A DNA stretch of 64,000 nucleotides, taken from an uncultured Acidobacteriota bacterium (GTDB taxonomy: Bacteria > Acidobacteriota > Blastocatellia > RBC074). Shown one piece after another: positions 10,407-19,505 of this stretch; position 1 is the stretch's first letter, and each line of letters starts with the position of its first letter. The position numbers and the translations under genes are program-made. The stretch is from assembly GCA_963796275.1 (NCBI GenBank), contig CAWCKY010000001.1, forward strand, positions 160,001 through 224,000. The letters are read 5' to 3'. The notes under the pieces were generated by a model. That model did no database searches, was not told the DNA's origin, and saw only the letters and a program-made list of their open reading frames with translations.

Positions 10407-11384
10407 TTATTTATGCGACTGGACCGCATCTCGCACGCGATAGCCCGTTGGATAATGTAAATGCAGATTGAAATCGGTCGTCGCTTCGATCCGGCGAAAA
10501 CCCGTTCCGCTATTTGCGCTCTGATACGTGATCAACCATTGACGATTGAGCAGATCATTCAACTCTCTGAAATACGGGTCGAAAGTCACAAAACTGGTGC
10601 CGGAGAAAAACGCTTCACCACCCGTTTCATCCGCCATACGATTGAGCGAACCTTGCCCATAATTGACTGCCAGCCGGCTGACGCTGGTCAATCCCACTGA
10701 CGGCGCATAAAAAGAGAAGATCGCGACTCCTCGCCTTTGTGCTTCGCTGATTGCCTGGTCTAGATATAATGAAACCATAGGGCTTGCATCGCGGAACCCT
10801 TGCGACACATCAAGCCCGTCAGATATTAACAAAACAATGCGCCTCCCTGCGGGTTGCTCATCAAACCGTTTCAACGCCTCGACCACCTGAATGTATGGAC
10901 TATAGGTGGCCGCGGATCCGCTGCCCGTCACGATCCGTAAAGATTCGGCCGCACGCGCACGATCCGTGGTGAAATCTTGTGTCACGCGCAAGCTACCGCC
11001 AGTAAGGTAGGCGGTCATCACGCGCGAGCCCTCAGGCAATTGGCGGATGAACCTTTTGATCCCTGCGATCTCGTTGCTGACACCCGAAATCAGATCATCC
11101 TGAATCAAGACGGCAATGACAGGCGGCGATTCAGATGCTCTTTTGACGGAAACAATGCGCTGTTTTTGTTTCTCTTCTAGAACCGTGAAGTCCTCAGGTT
11201 GGAGTTTGGATGCAATTTCCCGTGCCCGATCATTGTGGGGATCTATAGTTACAAGAATTGTTACCTCTCGCCCGTTAACAACTACTTCGCGTTTTCGGTT
11301 TTGCGCGACAACAATAGTGGCAGAGAGAAAGATAATTGCAACGGTGGTCACAGTCGCTGCAATTCGAAAAGACACTCTATTCAT
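10407..11384 (-). CDS. Secreted VWA (Acidobacterial VWFA-related) domain protein
   Basis: Signal peptide; LQPEDFTVLEE, QDFTTDR, RRIVLLISDGLD, LNRMADETGGEAFF and QWLITY motifs. Confidence 0.85.
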   Translation of the reverse strand: MNRVSFRIAATVTTVAIIFLSATIVVAQNRKREVVVNGREVTILVTIDPHNDRAREIASKLQPEDFTVLEEKQKQRIVSVKRASESPPVIAVLIQDDLISGVSNEIAGIKRFIRQLPEGSRVMTAYLTGGSLRVTQDFTTDRARAAESLRIVTGSGSAATYSPYIQVVEALKRFDEQPAGRRIVLLISDGLDVSQGFRDASPMVSLYLDQAISEAQRRGVAIFSFYAPSVGLTSVSRLAVNYGQGSLNRMADETGGEAFFSGTSFVTFDPYFRELNDLLNRQWLITYQSANSGTGFRRIEATTDFNLHLHYPTGYRVRDAVQSHK

Positions 11385-11429
11385 TTGATTACATCCCCAT
11401 TCTGTATGATTACTCGTTTCACATATTGG

Positions 11430-12140
11430 TTAAGGGCGAAACGGCGCCTTGTTCGCCCTCCTGGCCTTCTCTTGCCGGGCACGGGCCTCTTCATCCTTCT
11501 TCTTTTGACGTTCGGTTTCTCTTTGGGGAGCCTCTTGCTCATCCAGCCGGATGGATTCGACTATGGCAGCTCGGGCCAATGCATCCAGCCGTTTCGAATA
11601 GATAATCATCCCAAAAGTAGACTGGTAGGTGGCCTGGAAGAGGTTGTACGAGTACTGCGAGTCTTCCCAACGCGCAATCACCTTTTCGCTCCGGTCTGAA
11701 ATGACCTTTTCGCCGTCGCTATAAAATTGGGTCGAAGAGAGGATGATCTCGGCCACAGGCCTGGTGGCAGGTCCATACTTCGCCGAAACAGCTTCGACGA
11801 TGTCCTCAGCTGTCATTCCTGCGATCCTATCCGGATCATAAGTGACGACCATGCGGAAAAGCTCTCCGTTGTAAAAACTGAAAAGGATATCCTTAACCGA
11901 ATCGGATTGAGGCGAAGAGGGGTTAAAGTTGTAAGTTTCCCTGGCCAGTTCCTGAATCACCGCCGGGTGCTGGTGGATCGTGATCGCATCCGACGGCTTC
12001 AAATGTGCTTGTTTTGCTACTACGGGCAGCCTCGCTCCAAATTGAAATTCCCGGTACCTGGAAAGATCTTGTGAATAGATCGAAAGTGTTGAAAACATGG
12101 TCCCCAAAATCGCAATGACGATGATGCGCGCGTTAATCAT
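11430..12140 (-). CDS. Secreted hypothetical protein with a charged C-terminal helix
   Basis: 236-aa ORF with RBS AGGAG, signal peptide, DLSRYREFQFG start and C-terminus QEKARRANKAPFRP. Confidence 0.8.
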   Translation of the reverse strand: MINARIIVIAILGTMFSTLSIYSQDLSRYREFQFGARLPVVAKQAHLKPSDAITIHQHPAVIQELARETYNFNPSSPQSDSVKDILFSFYNGELFRMVVTYDPDRIAGMTAEDIVEAVSAKYGPATRPVAEIILSSTQFYSDGEKVISDRSEKVIARWEDSQYSYNLFQATYQSTFGMIIYSKRLDALARAAIVESIRLDEQEAPQRETERQKKKDEEARARQEKARRANKAPFRP

Positions 12141-12261
12141 TTGGTTTCTCCTGAAGGGCTTTTGTTACACGACGATTTAAAGAAGGCCCGCTCACCTCGA
12201 TCCGAGTAAGCACTCCTGTCCCCGGTCAATTGGCGAAACATCGCTTGAGACGACCTGGTTT

Positions 12262-12335
12262 CCAGTGCGAAAAGAAGCCTTGTTTACTGGCCTGGCCTTC
12301 TCTTGCTTGAGCCGGCTCGCTTCATCCTTCTTCTA
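12262..12335 (-). pseudogene. 3'-end remnant of a paralog of the 11430..12140 gene
   Basis: Translates KKDEASRLKQEKARPVNKASFR versus KKDEEARARQEKARRANKAPFR; shares nucleotide blocks cctggccttctcttgc and cttcatccttcttct with 11436..11503. Confidence 0.7.
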
Positions 12336-12416
12336 TAGCGCTTCTTCTAGCGATTGAAGGCGCGCATCGGGGGCTCAACCGAATGTTGGTCAATAATGGA
12401 GTGTTGGCGTGCTCGC

Positions 12417-12566
12417 TCAACTCACCGCCCGGCGACCGCTAAGCAGGTTGTAGAGCAACACTACCACCGCAATCGCTAGCAGCACGTGAATCAAAGGTCC
12501 GCCGACGCCGCCGACCAGGCCCAGCAACCACAGAAAAACAAGAACAACGAAGATTATCCAAAGCAT
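12417..12566 (-). CDS. lmo0937 family (DUF5670) small membrane protein
   Basis: 49 aa MLWIIFVVLVFLWLLGLVGGVGGPLIHVLLAIAVVVLLYNLLSGRRAVS with GGAG RBS; matches the family pattern. Confidence 0.88.
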   Translation of the reverse strand: MLWIIFVVLVFLWLLGLVGGVGGPLIHVLLAIAVVVLLYNLLSGRRAVS

Positions 12567-12638
12567 AGTCGTCTCCGAATTTTTTTGATTACATCCTCCG
12601 GGTCGGGTGCACTGTAGCCTTCGCCTGAGTTCAAATTG

Positions 12639-12688
12639 CATTTGAATGATAGGCTGATTCGGAAGAGGTTTCTGTCCAATACAGGACA
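12639..12688 (-). promoter_or_regulatory. Class II Crp-family promoter: TGTCCTGTATTGGACA, 21 nt spacer, TATCAT-TCAAATG
   Basis: Box at 12673..12688 and conserved block ATCAGCCTATCATTCAAATG at 12639..12658, upstream of the lmo0937 gene. Confidence 0.75.
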
Positions 12689-12732
12689 ATGTGACAAGAA
12701 TTATCGCGAGGTTCACAGACAGGAGGCGCGCG

Positions 12733-13304
12733 CTAGGCTATCCGAGCCTGGTAAGCAGAAAGCTTCTTTTCTTTGATAATGCGACTCCTCAGTTAGAGGC
12801 GGTTGATCTGCGGTCCTTCTTGCCGAGGTTGAGGGCCAGTTGCATCAGCGTCTTGCCCATTCGTTGATTGCTATCCACCATCATCAAGTTGGCGATGACA
12901 TGCTGTTGATCGGCAATCCGCAATGCCAGGTGCTGCACGAAGCTCTCAAACAACGTGTCCTGGCTTAACCATAGAAAGAACTTGGAACAAGGGATTTGTT
13001 TTAAGCTCGTTTCTTCCATGGCGGTCGCTGTTTCCAGCCGTGAGCCTAACCCGGACAGGCACGGCTCGCCGAAAATATCTCCCTCTGTGTGAATGGCCAG
13101 CAGGCACTCTCTGCCTTCAGGCGAGAGTATCTGCAGTTTGATCTGTCCGCTTTCAATGAAGTAGACCATCTCGTCTTGATCGCCATAGGTGTAAACGTGA
13201 TCGTGTATAGCGATCGTAAAGGCGCGCGAATAGAGGGTCTCGTTCACCAACGAATCGCGCAATCGTTGTTTGAACTGTTTAGCTCGAGGAATCTCTTGGA
13301 TCAT
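12733..13304 (-). pseudogene. Crp/Fnr family regulator with the HTH region deleted (ORF 12789..13304 plus a detached C-terminal tail)
   Basis: cNMP-binding domain (VYFIESGQIKL, GDIFGE, RLETATAME) and C-helix are present, but the ORF stops at LGKKDRRSTASN before any HTH. An out-of-frame tail IIKEKKLSAYQARIA* lies at 12780..12733. Confidence 0.75.
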
Positions 13305-13629
13305 GGTCGTGTCTCCGCGCTACTGCTTCTTTACTTGTCCACTGTCATCGGCCAACTCGGCCGATTCCCTTGCTCGACGCGCGCCAACCCGCGCTTGTTG
13401 TGAGTATTCACATCGTCATCAATCTAGGCTTGACCTATTGATGAGAAGCCTGCCTGCGCTCTTTGTCTAACAGCACACTGTTTGTTGCGGCACCCCCGCT
13501 GATGGTCTAGCTCTCCTTCTCTGGTTGATCTTCGCTCAGGCATGACGATCAACGCTACCACCGCAATAAATTGGGTTTTGATCACATCATCCGGGTCGAG
13601 CGTGTTGTTGTCTTAACCCGGCTCCCATT

Positions 13630-13679
13630 CATTTGAATGATAGGCTGATACGGGAGGAGGTGCCGTCCATTATTGGACA
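13630..13679 (-). promoter_or_regulatory. Class II Crp-family promoter: TGTCCAATAATGGACG, 21 nt spacer, TATCAT-TCAAATG
   Basis: Box at 13664..13679; identical 20-mer ATCAGCCTATCATTCAAATG at 13630..13649; points towards the Crp gene starting at 13304. Confidence 0.75.
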
Positions 13680-13800
13680 AGGTGGAAAGAATTATCGCGG
13701 AGCCTGCAGAACTCGGAGAACTGAGCGAGGTAAGCAGTGAGCTTCATTGTTGAGTCCTACCTCTTGCTCGCTGTAACGTAGAAGGTTCTTTTCTTTCAAA

Positions 13801-14139
13801 TCACGGGGTGAAGCTGGAAACTGCCGCCGGCTCGGAGTCGAACGTCTCAAATATAGCGGACAGCTTCGTGATGGCTAACAGAGTTTGCAAACGATCACTG
13901 AGATTGAGCAGCTTGAGATGCCCGCTCACCCCCTGCAAAGTTCTATAACAGGAGATGAGCTCACCCAGCCCACTGCTGTCCATGTATGGGACTCTCGCAA
14001 AGTTGACGATTAACTTACGGGCCCCCGCATCGATAGTGGCACTGACCTGTTTTCTAAACTGTGCATTCCCTTCCAGAGCGAGGTTGCCGTCGAGATCCAG
14101 AACTGTGATATCGTTTAATGTACGCTCGATGATTTTCAT
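13801..14139 (-). CDS. STAS domain anti-sigma factor antagonist
   Basis: 112 aa; VTVLDLDG-like start, VPYMDSSGLGELI phospho-Ser motif, LAITKLSAIFETF; AAGGA RBS. Confidence 0.93.
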   Translation of the reverse strand: MKIIERTLNDITVLDLDGNLALEGNAQFRKQVSATIDAGARKLIVNFARVPYMDSSGLGELISCYRTLQGVSGHLKLLNLSDRLQTLLAITKLSAIFETFDSEPAAVSSFTP

Positions 14140-14154
14140 CTCTATTCCTTAGGT

Positions 14155-14904
14155 TTACTCTATAGCTTTGCGCGAAGAATAGCGCCAAAGGGTAATCGGG
14201 AAAGCCCACGCTGCGACTGGCGCAGTGACTTTGTTCTTCGTCAACACCTCTTTGGCCGTCACGCCTTCGCCATACACGTCTCGCATATAATCTTTCTCCA
14301 GCTTAATAACCACGCCCCCGAGTTCAAGCCCTGCAACTAGTTCCTCGCTGCGCGAGTAAGCTAGGACCTGCGCATTGAGCTTCAGATCAGTTGAAGCCCC
14401 GGCATGCTGGGCGATTGGTCCGGCAGCCACTGAAACGTCTCCACCTACTGTGAACTGGCCTGACAGGAGATTGTTCAACCCATCTTCATTCATGAACAGC
14501 ATCACGAAATCCGTTGACCGGGCGCCGACCTGTAGACCGGAGGTGCCGCCACCCAAATTGAAAAAGGCCGGGGCGCTCCAAGCCTGTGCTGTGCGACAAC
14601 TAACCACACCGCGACCTCCTCGTCCGCCAAAAACAAACTCTGCGTTGAAGACAGAAGGGAAGACCGCGACACACACAGCGCTATCCAACAAATCTAGGGG
14701 AATCGATTTGTCTGGCATGCTCATAATCTCGCGAAAAACGTGTGCCGCCTTTCCTGATTGCTTGGTCCCATCCTGGAGATTATTCCCGACCTGCCCCTGC
14801 GCTACCGTGCTCACAGCCAGCGCCAAGCAAAATACCCCTACCATGTGCCTGAGGCCAGTCGCTGACTGGCGATCAAAACCTGAGTTTTCGGAGAATCTCA
14901 TCAT
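14155..14904 (-). CDS. Secreted lipid-binding SYLF/Ysc84 domain protein
   Basis: IPLDLLDSAVCVAVFP, GGRGGRGVVSCR, WSAPAF, GLQVGARSTDFVMLFMN, SVAAGP and LAYSRS motifs; GAGGAG RBS before the ATG at 14904. Confidence 0.88.
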   Translation of the reverse strand: MMRFSENSGFDRQSATGLRHMVGVFCLALAVSTVAQGQVGNNLQDGTKQSGKAAHVFREIMSMPDKSIPLDLLDSAVCVAVFPSVFNAEFVFGGRGGRGVVSCRTAQAWSAPAFFNLGGGTSGLQVGARSTDFVMLFMNEDGLNNLLSGQFTVGGDVSVAAGPIAQHAGASTDLKLNAQVLAYSRSEELVAGLELGGVVIKLEKDYMRDVYGEGVTAKEVLTKNKVTAPVAAWAFPITLWRYSSRKAIE

Positions 14905-15489
14905 TATTGCTTCTCTCCTCGTCTGTTGCCCGAAGCTGTTCCCGGTACACCTGATTAGGTGTGGCCGACTCTCGCTTGAGGTTTTCCAAATGACCTTGGA
15001 GCTGGTCGTCAAGAGGGTAGATGATTTGAATATGGTTATCTTTCACAACTGGCGATTGTAATGACTGTGTCTGCTTGTCGTGTTTTTTCCATACCCGATC
15101 GAAGGTCTCGATCCAGAGCCCACTAGGACTGCTAGAGAGATGCTGTTTTCAGATGGGAGCTCAGGTACCGTATCACAGAGGTCATCCGCTACTTTCAGCA
15201 TCTCAGGCTGAGCCTCGAACCGATCCAATTCCTGTTTGAAATTAAGCTTGAATCGATCCCAATCCAGCTTCTCAGCAGCACCAAAACCGAAGAACTCACC
15301 TAGCTTACAAATAATAGCGGAGGAACGGAGATTCCTTTGCACCAACTCGGCAAGATCGAACTTCTAGACTGCAACATCCTCTTTGGTTCTTCGCCCCTGC
15401 GGTGGAGCCAGAGCGGGTTGTGTTCAATCTTATCGTTCTTATCGTTGGGTACGTATCACGCTCCTTTTAAACTCTTAAATTCCACATTG

Positions 15490-15532
15490 AAGATCGGCCA
15501 GCCCGGAATAAATTGCTGTCCAATAATGGACA
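15490..15532 (-). promoter_or_regulatory. Crp-family box TGTCCATTATTGGACA, 21 nt spacer, GATCTT (leftward promoter)
   Basis: Palindrome at 15517..15532; same spacing to a weaker -10 that keeps A(-11) and T(-7); faces the SYLF-STAS genes. Confidence 0.6.
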
Positions 15533-15624
15533 AACCTAAAAGAAACTCCGCGGCTTCGCCTTTAAGCGATGTCCGGCAAGCAGACGATCTCCTTCCGACA
15601 CCTGATGCCAATTCTTTTAAACAT

Positions 15625-15674
15625 CGTCCAATATTGGACGGAAACTTCTACTGAATCGGCCCATCATTCAAATG
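15625..15674 (+). promoter_or_regulatory. Class II Crp-family promoter: CGTCCAATATTGGACG, 21 nt spacer, CATCAT-TCAAATG
   Basis: Perfect 16-bp palindrome at 15625..15640 followed by ATCGGCCCATCATTCAAATG (18/20 identical to the other copies), upstream of the UPF0182 gene. Confidence 0.75.
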
Positions 15675-15762
15675 GCCCATGATCGCCTGAGCGATAGCTC
15701 AAGTGTGGTTGCGAAGCGTACGGGTAAGGATAACCGAGGCGGATATGGGCCAAGGAGGGCGT

Positions 15763-18652
15763 ATGCCAAAAAAAGAACTATTTGACGAGCCTCTCATTAC
15801 CGAAAAAGAACTTTTTGACGAACCTCACACAACCAGATCGGAAATCCGGCGAGAGCGCACATCGCCAAGATTCCCCCGATGGTTGCTGGTCGTTGCCGCC
15901 GTGGTGTTAATTACCATCATAGCCTGGCCTGTCTGGGCCAATTTCTATACCGACTGGCTCTGGTTCCAGGACCTTGGTTACCAGACGGTCTTCTCGACAA
16001 TGTTGGTGACAAAAGTGACGCTAGGTCTCATTACCAGCCTGATTGCGGCTTCACTCATTTGGCTCAACTTCAGATGGGCGTTGCGCCCGAGACCTGAGTC
16101 GCTGCACATCGACGAAACAGGCGGGCGCTCCTTCAACAACGAATGGCATCAGGCGCTTGCTTCGGACTTTGCCCGATTAGGCGAGCGGTTAATAAGGCGG
16201 CTAGCGCTCACTGCCGCGCTGGCGACCGGTGCATTCGCGGGATTGCTCGCCTGGGGCGCATGGGATATCTGGCTGCGCTACCGCTACCAGGCGCCGTTCG
16301 GCGAGGTCGATCCGATCTTCGGGCGTGACATCGCCTTCTACTTCTTTACCCTTCCGGCGCTCGAGGCCCTCGCCAGTCTGTTACTCATGCTGGTGATGGT
16401 CGCACTGCTGGGAGCAGCGTTGATCTATGGGGTGGTCGGGGTCGTGCGCGGAGCCATACTCGGACCGGATACTTTTAGCAAACTGCGTCAGTTAGCCCTT
16501 GGGCGCGGGCCGCGCGCTCACTTGCTGTGCCTGGTGGCAGCCTTGTTTCTAGTGCTTGCCTGGCGCGCTTATTTGGGGATTCCGAACCTGCTCTTCTCAA
16601 CGGACGGGCTGGTGGCCGGCGCCGGCTACACCGACATCAATGCCACTTTGCCACTGCTCTATCTGTTGGTCGGCGCTTCGGTGCTGGTCGCCGGCATGGC
16701 AGCTGCGAGTATGTTTCGTACCAAGAACGGCCTACTCTTGGCGGGAGTGAGTCTCTACCTGCTCGTGCTCGTTGCCGGTTGGCTGTGTCCAGCCATCGTG
16801 CAGCGTTTCTCAGTCGGGCCAAACGAGCTGGCGAAGGAGACGCCCTACATCATCCATAACATCGCCGCGACGCGCAAAGGATTCGGGATTGACCAAGTGG
16901 AGGAACGCGAGTTGCCGGGTGAAACCGCGCTCACCGCCCAGGACATTCAGGAGAACCAGCGAACGATCAATAACATCCGTCTCTGGGATCACCGACCGTT
17001 GCTCGAAACCTTCTCCCAGATTCAGGAGATTCGCACCTACTACGATTTTGAGTCAGTGGACAATGACCGTTACCGCATCAACGGCGAGTTGCAGCAGATC
17101 ATGCTCTCACCGCGCGAGCTGTCATCGGCGAGCCTGCCCAACCGCAACTGGATCAATGAACACCTGACCTTCACCCACGGCTTCGGCTTGACACTCGGTC
17201 CGGTCAATCAAGTGCTGCCGGAAGGCTTGCCAGTGCTCTTCGTCAAAAACATTCCGCCAGCCTCATCGATCCCTTCGCTCAAGGTTGATCGTCCGGAAAT
17301 CTACTTCGGTGAATTGTCGAATGATCGAGTTTACGTCAAGACCAAGGCCAGGGAATTCAATTATCCGGCGGGCGAAGATAATGTCTTCGCCAACTACGAG
17401 GGGGAGAGAGGCGTCTCCATCGGCTCGATGTGGCGGCAGGTGCTGTTTGCCACCAGGTTTAGCGATCTGAAGCTGCTGCTCTCAAATGATCTGACACCGG
17501 AGAGCCGTGTACTTTACCATCGCAACATCAAAGAGCGTCTCGCTCAGGTGGCTCCGTTCCTGCGCTTCGACAGCGATCCCTACATGGTCATTTCCGAAGG
17601 GCGGCTCTTCTGGATCGCCGACGCTTACACGGTGAGCGGTCGCTACCCTTATTCGCAACCGGTCAGCGGCATCAATTACATCCGCAATTCAGTCAAGGCA
17701 GTCGTGGACGCTTACCACGGCCACATCTGGCTCTACATCGCTGACGAGCGTGATCCGCTGATTCAAACCTGGGCGCGCATCTTCCCCGACATTCTGAAGC
17801 CGCTCAGTGAAATGCCCGCCGACCTGCGCGCTCATCTTCGCTATCCGGAGGATATTTTCAAGATTCAAACGGCGGCCTACTCGACCTATCACATGGATCA
17901 GCCGCAGGTCTTCTACAACAAAGAAGACCAGTGGTCTGTCGTTTCAATGTCCGAGAAGCAGGGTGAGACCGGATCGCAGGTGATGGAGCCTTACTACACG
18001 ATTATGAAACTGCCCAGCGGGCAAGCTGAGGAATTTATGTTACTGCTGCCGTTCACACCAAAGGGGAAAGACAACCTCGCGGGCATGGATGGTGGCACGC
18101 GCGGACGGCGAGCATTATGGCCGTCTGCTGGTTTACCGATTCCCCAAACAGAAACTGATCTATGGACCCAAGCAGATCGAGGCGCGCATCAACCAGGACC
18201 CGGAGATCTCGCGTCAGCTATCGCTCTGGAACCAACGCGGCTCAAAGGTCATCTTAGGAACCCTGCTGGTGATCCCGATCAAGGAATCGCTCATCTATGT
18301 GCAGCCGCTCTATCTACGGGCGGAGTTCGGCAAGATTCCTGAGCTCAAGCGCGTGATTGTGGCCACTGAGAATCGCATTGCGATGGAATCAACGCTCGAA
18401 GCCGGCCTGGCACGGATATTCGGGAATGCGCCGTCCGCGGCCGCAGAACTTGGGCAAACACCTGGGCTAACATCGCGCGTGGGCGAAACACCTGCTGCCC
18501 AACCAGAGGCGGACGCTCAGAACCTGGCGGCACAGGCCAGGCAGCACTACGACCGCGCACTAAAGGCGCAGCGCGAAAGCGACTGGACACTCTATGGCGA
18601 GGAGATCAAGCGGCTCGGCGCAGTGCTTGAGCAAATGTCGAAGCAGAAGTAA
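15763..18652 (+). CDS. UPF0182 family membrane protein (one +1 frameshift near 18082)
   Basis: [47 protein letters not shown]...[14 protein letters not shown] and HLRYPED motifs. Removing one G in gcgggcatgg restores [12 protein letters not shown] and joins 15763..18342 to 18089..18652. AAGGAGG RBS. Confidence 0.92.
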
Positions 18653-18782
18653 ACGCGGTCAACGCATCAGAGACCGCCAGTGCGGATATCCCGCTGCATG
18701 GGAGGCCAGCCGATCCAGTCGAGCTTGTTTATCGGGAGCCGCATGAGACACAGATTCGGACACCGACACAAAAGGAGCAACC

Positions 18783-19049
18783 ATGCATACAGAGAAAGTG
18801 ATGACCGACATCGAGCGCGAACAGCTCGCGCAGATCGCAGGCAGGAAAGCGGCAAAGAGTCGCGGCCAGTCGGCGGTGACTATAACGCTGCTGACTAAGA
18901 AGCTGGCGTCCACACGCGAAGCGCTTGAGGACGCAAACGCGGCCCAGATACAGCTCTCGAAAGAGCTGGATAGGGTGCGGGAGCAGATCGCGGAGCTTGA
19001 ATGCGTCATGGAACTTGCCACCGAATGGGCTGCAAGGCGCCCGGTATGA
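18783..19049 (+). CDS. Hypothetical small coiled-coil protein
   Basis: 88-aa ORF with strong AAAGGAG RBS and heptad-like helix (LASTREALEDANAAQIQLSKELDRVREQIAELE). Confidence 0.55.
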   Translation: MHTEKVMTDIEREQLAQIAGRKAAKSRGQSAVTITLLTKKLASTREALEDANAAQIQLSKELDRVREQIAELECVMELATEWAARRPV

Positions 19050-19331
19050 TCTGTTATGGCTGTCAGCTGAACCGGATGGGGAAAGAAACTTTGCCGATGA
19101 GCGAGGGAAACTGACGCTCAAGATGTAAAGAAGCCGGCCGGAAGGGGCTATCTGCCCGGCTTGCTATTTGGTGGCGAAACTTCCGCCTGTATAGCGGGTG
19201 TTCTGTCCATCTCCCATTCAACCTTGCTAGGCGCGACAGCCTCTTCTTCGACCAATCCCGCCAACTCTCTCAAGCGGGCATAGATAGCGAATATCGCAAA
19301 GCGCGTTACCTCACAATTTGAGCGCGCACCT

Positions 19332-19505
19332 TTAAGTCAACGACGATCCATCCCATTTATGATCGGGGTCGGGATAAAAAGTGATGCTCACTGCCTGGCC
19401 GCCTAAAAATATCCCCACCAGCCAACCTCCAGGCACTTTCGCGCGATAGAAACTTGCTTTACTGCCATCGCTGAACCTTGCTTTTATTTCACCCCAATTA
19501 AGCAT
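19332..19505 (-). CDS. Small hypothetical protein, 57 aa (below the ORF-track cutoff)
   Basis: AGGAGG RBS, then MLNWGEIKARFSDGSKASFYRAKVPGGWLVGIFLGGQAVSITFYPDPDHKWDGSSLT*, read directly from the sequence. Confidence 0.7.
   Translation of the reverse strand: MLNWGEIKARFSDGSKASFYRAKVPGGWLVGIFLGGQAVSITFYPDPDHKWDGSSLT

Noticed and set aside
12387-12402. Sixth copy of the TGTCCA operator (TGGTCAATAATGGAGT)
   Set aside because: Only 12/16 match and no -10-like hexamer at the conserved 21-nt spacing.
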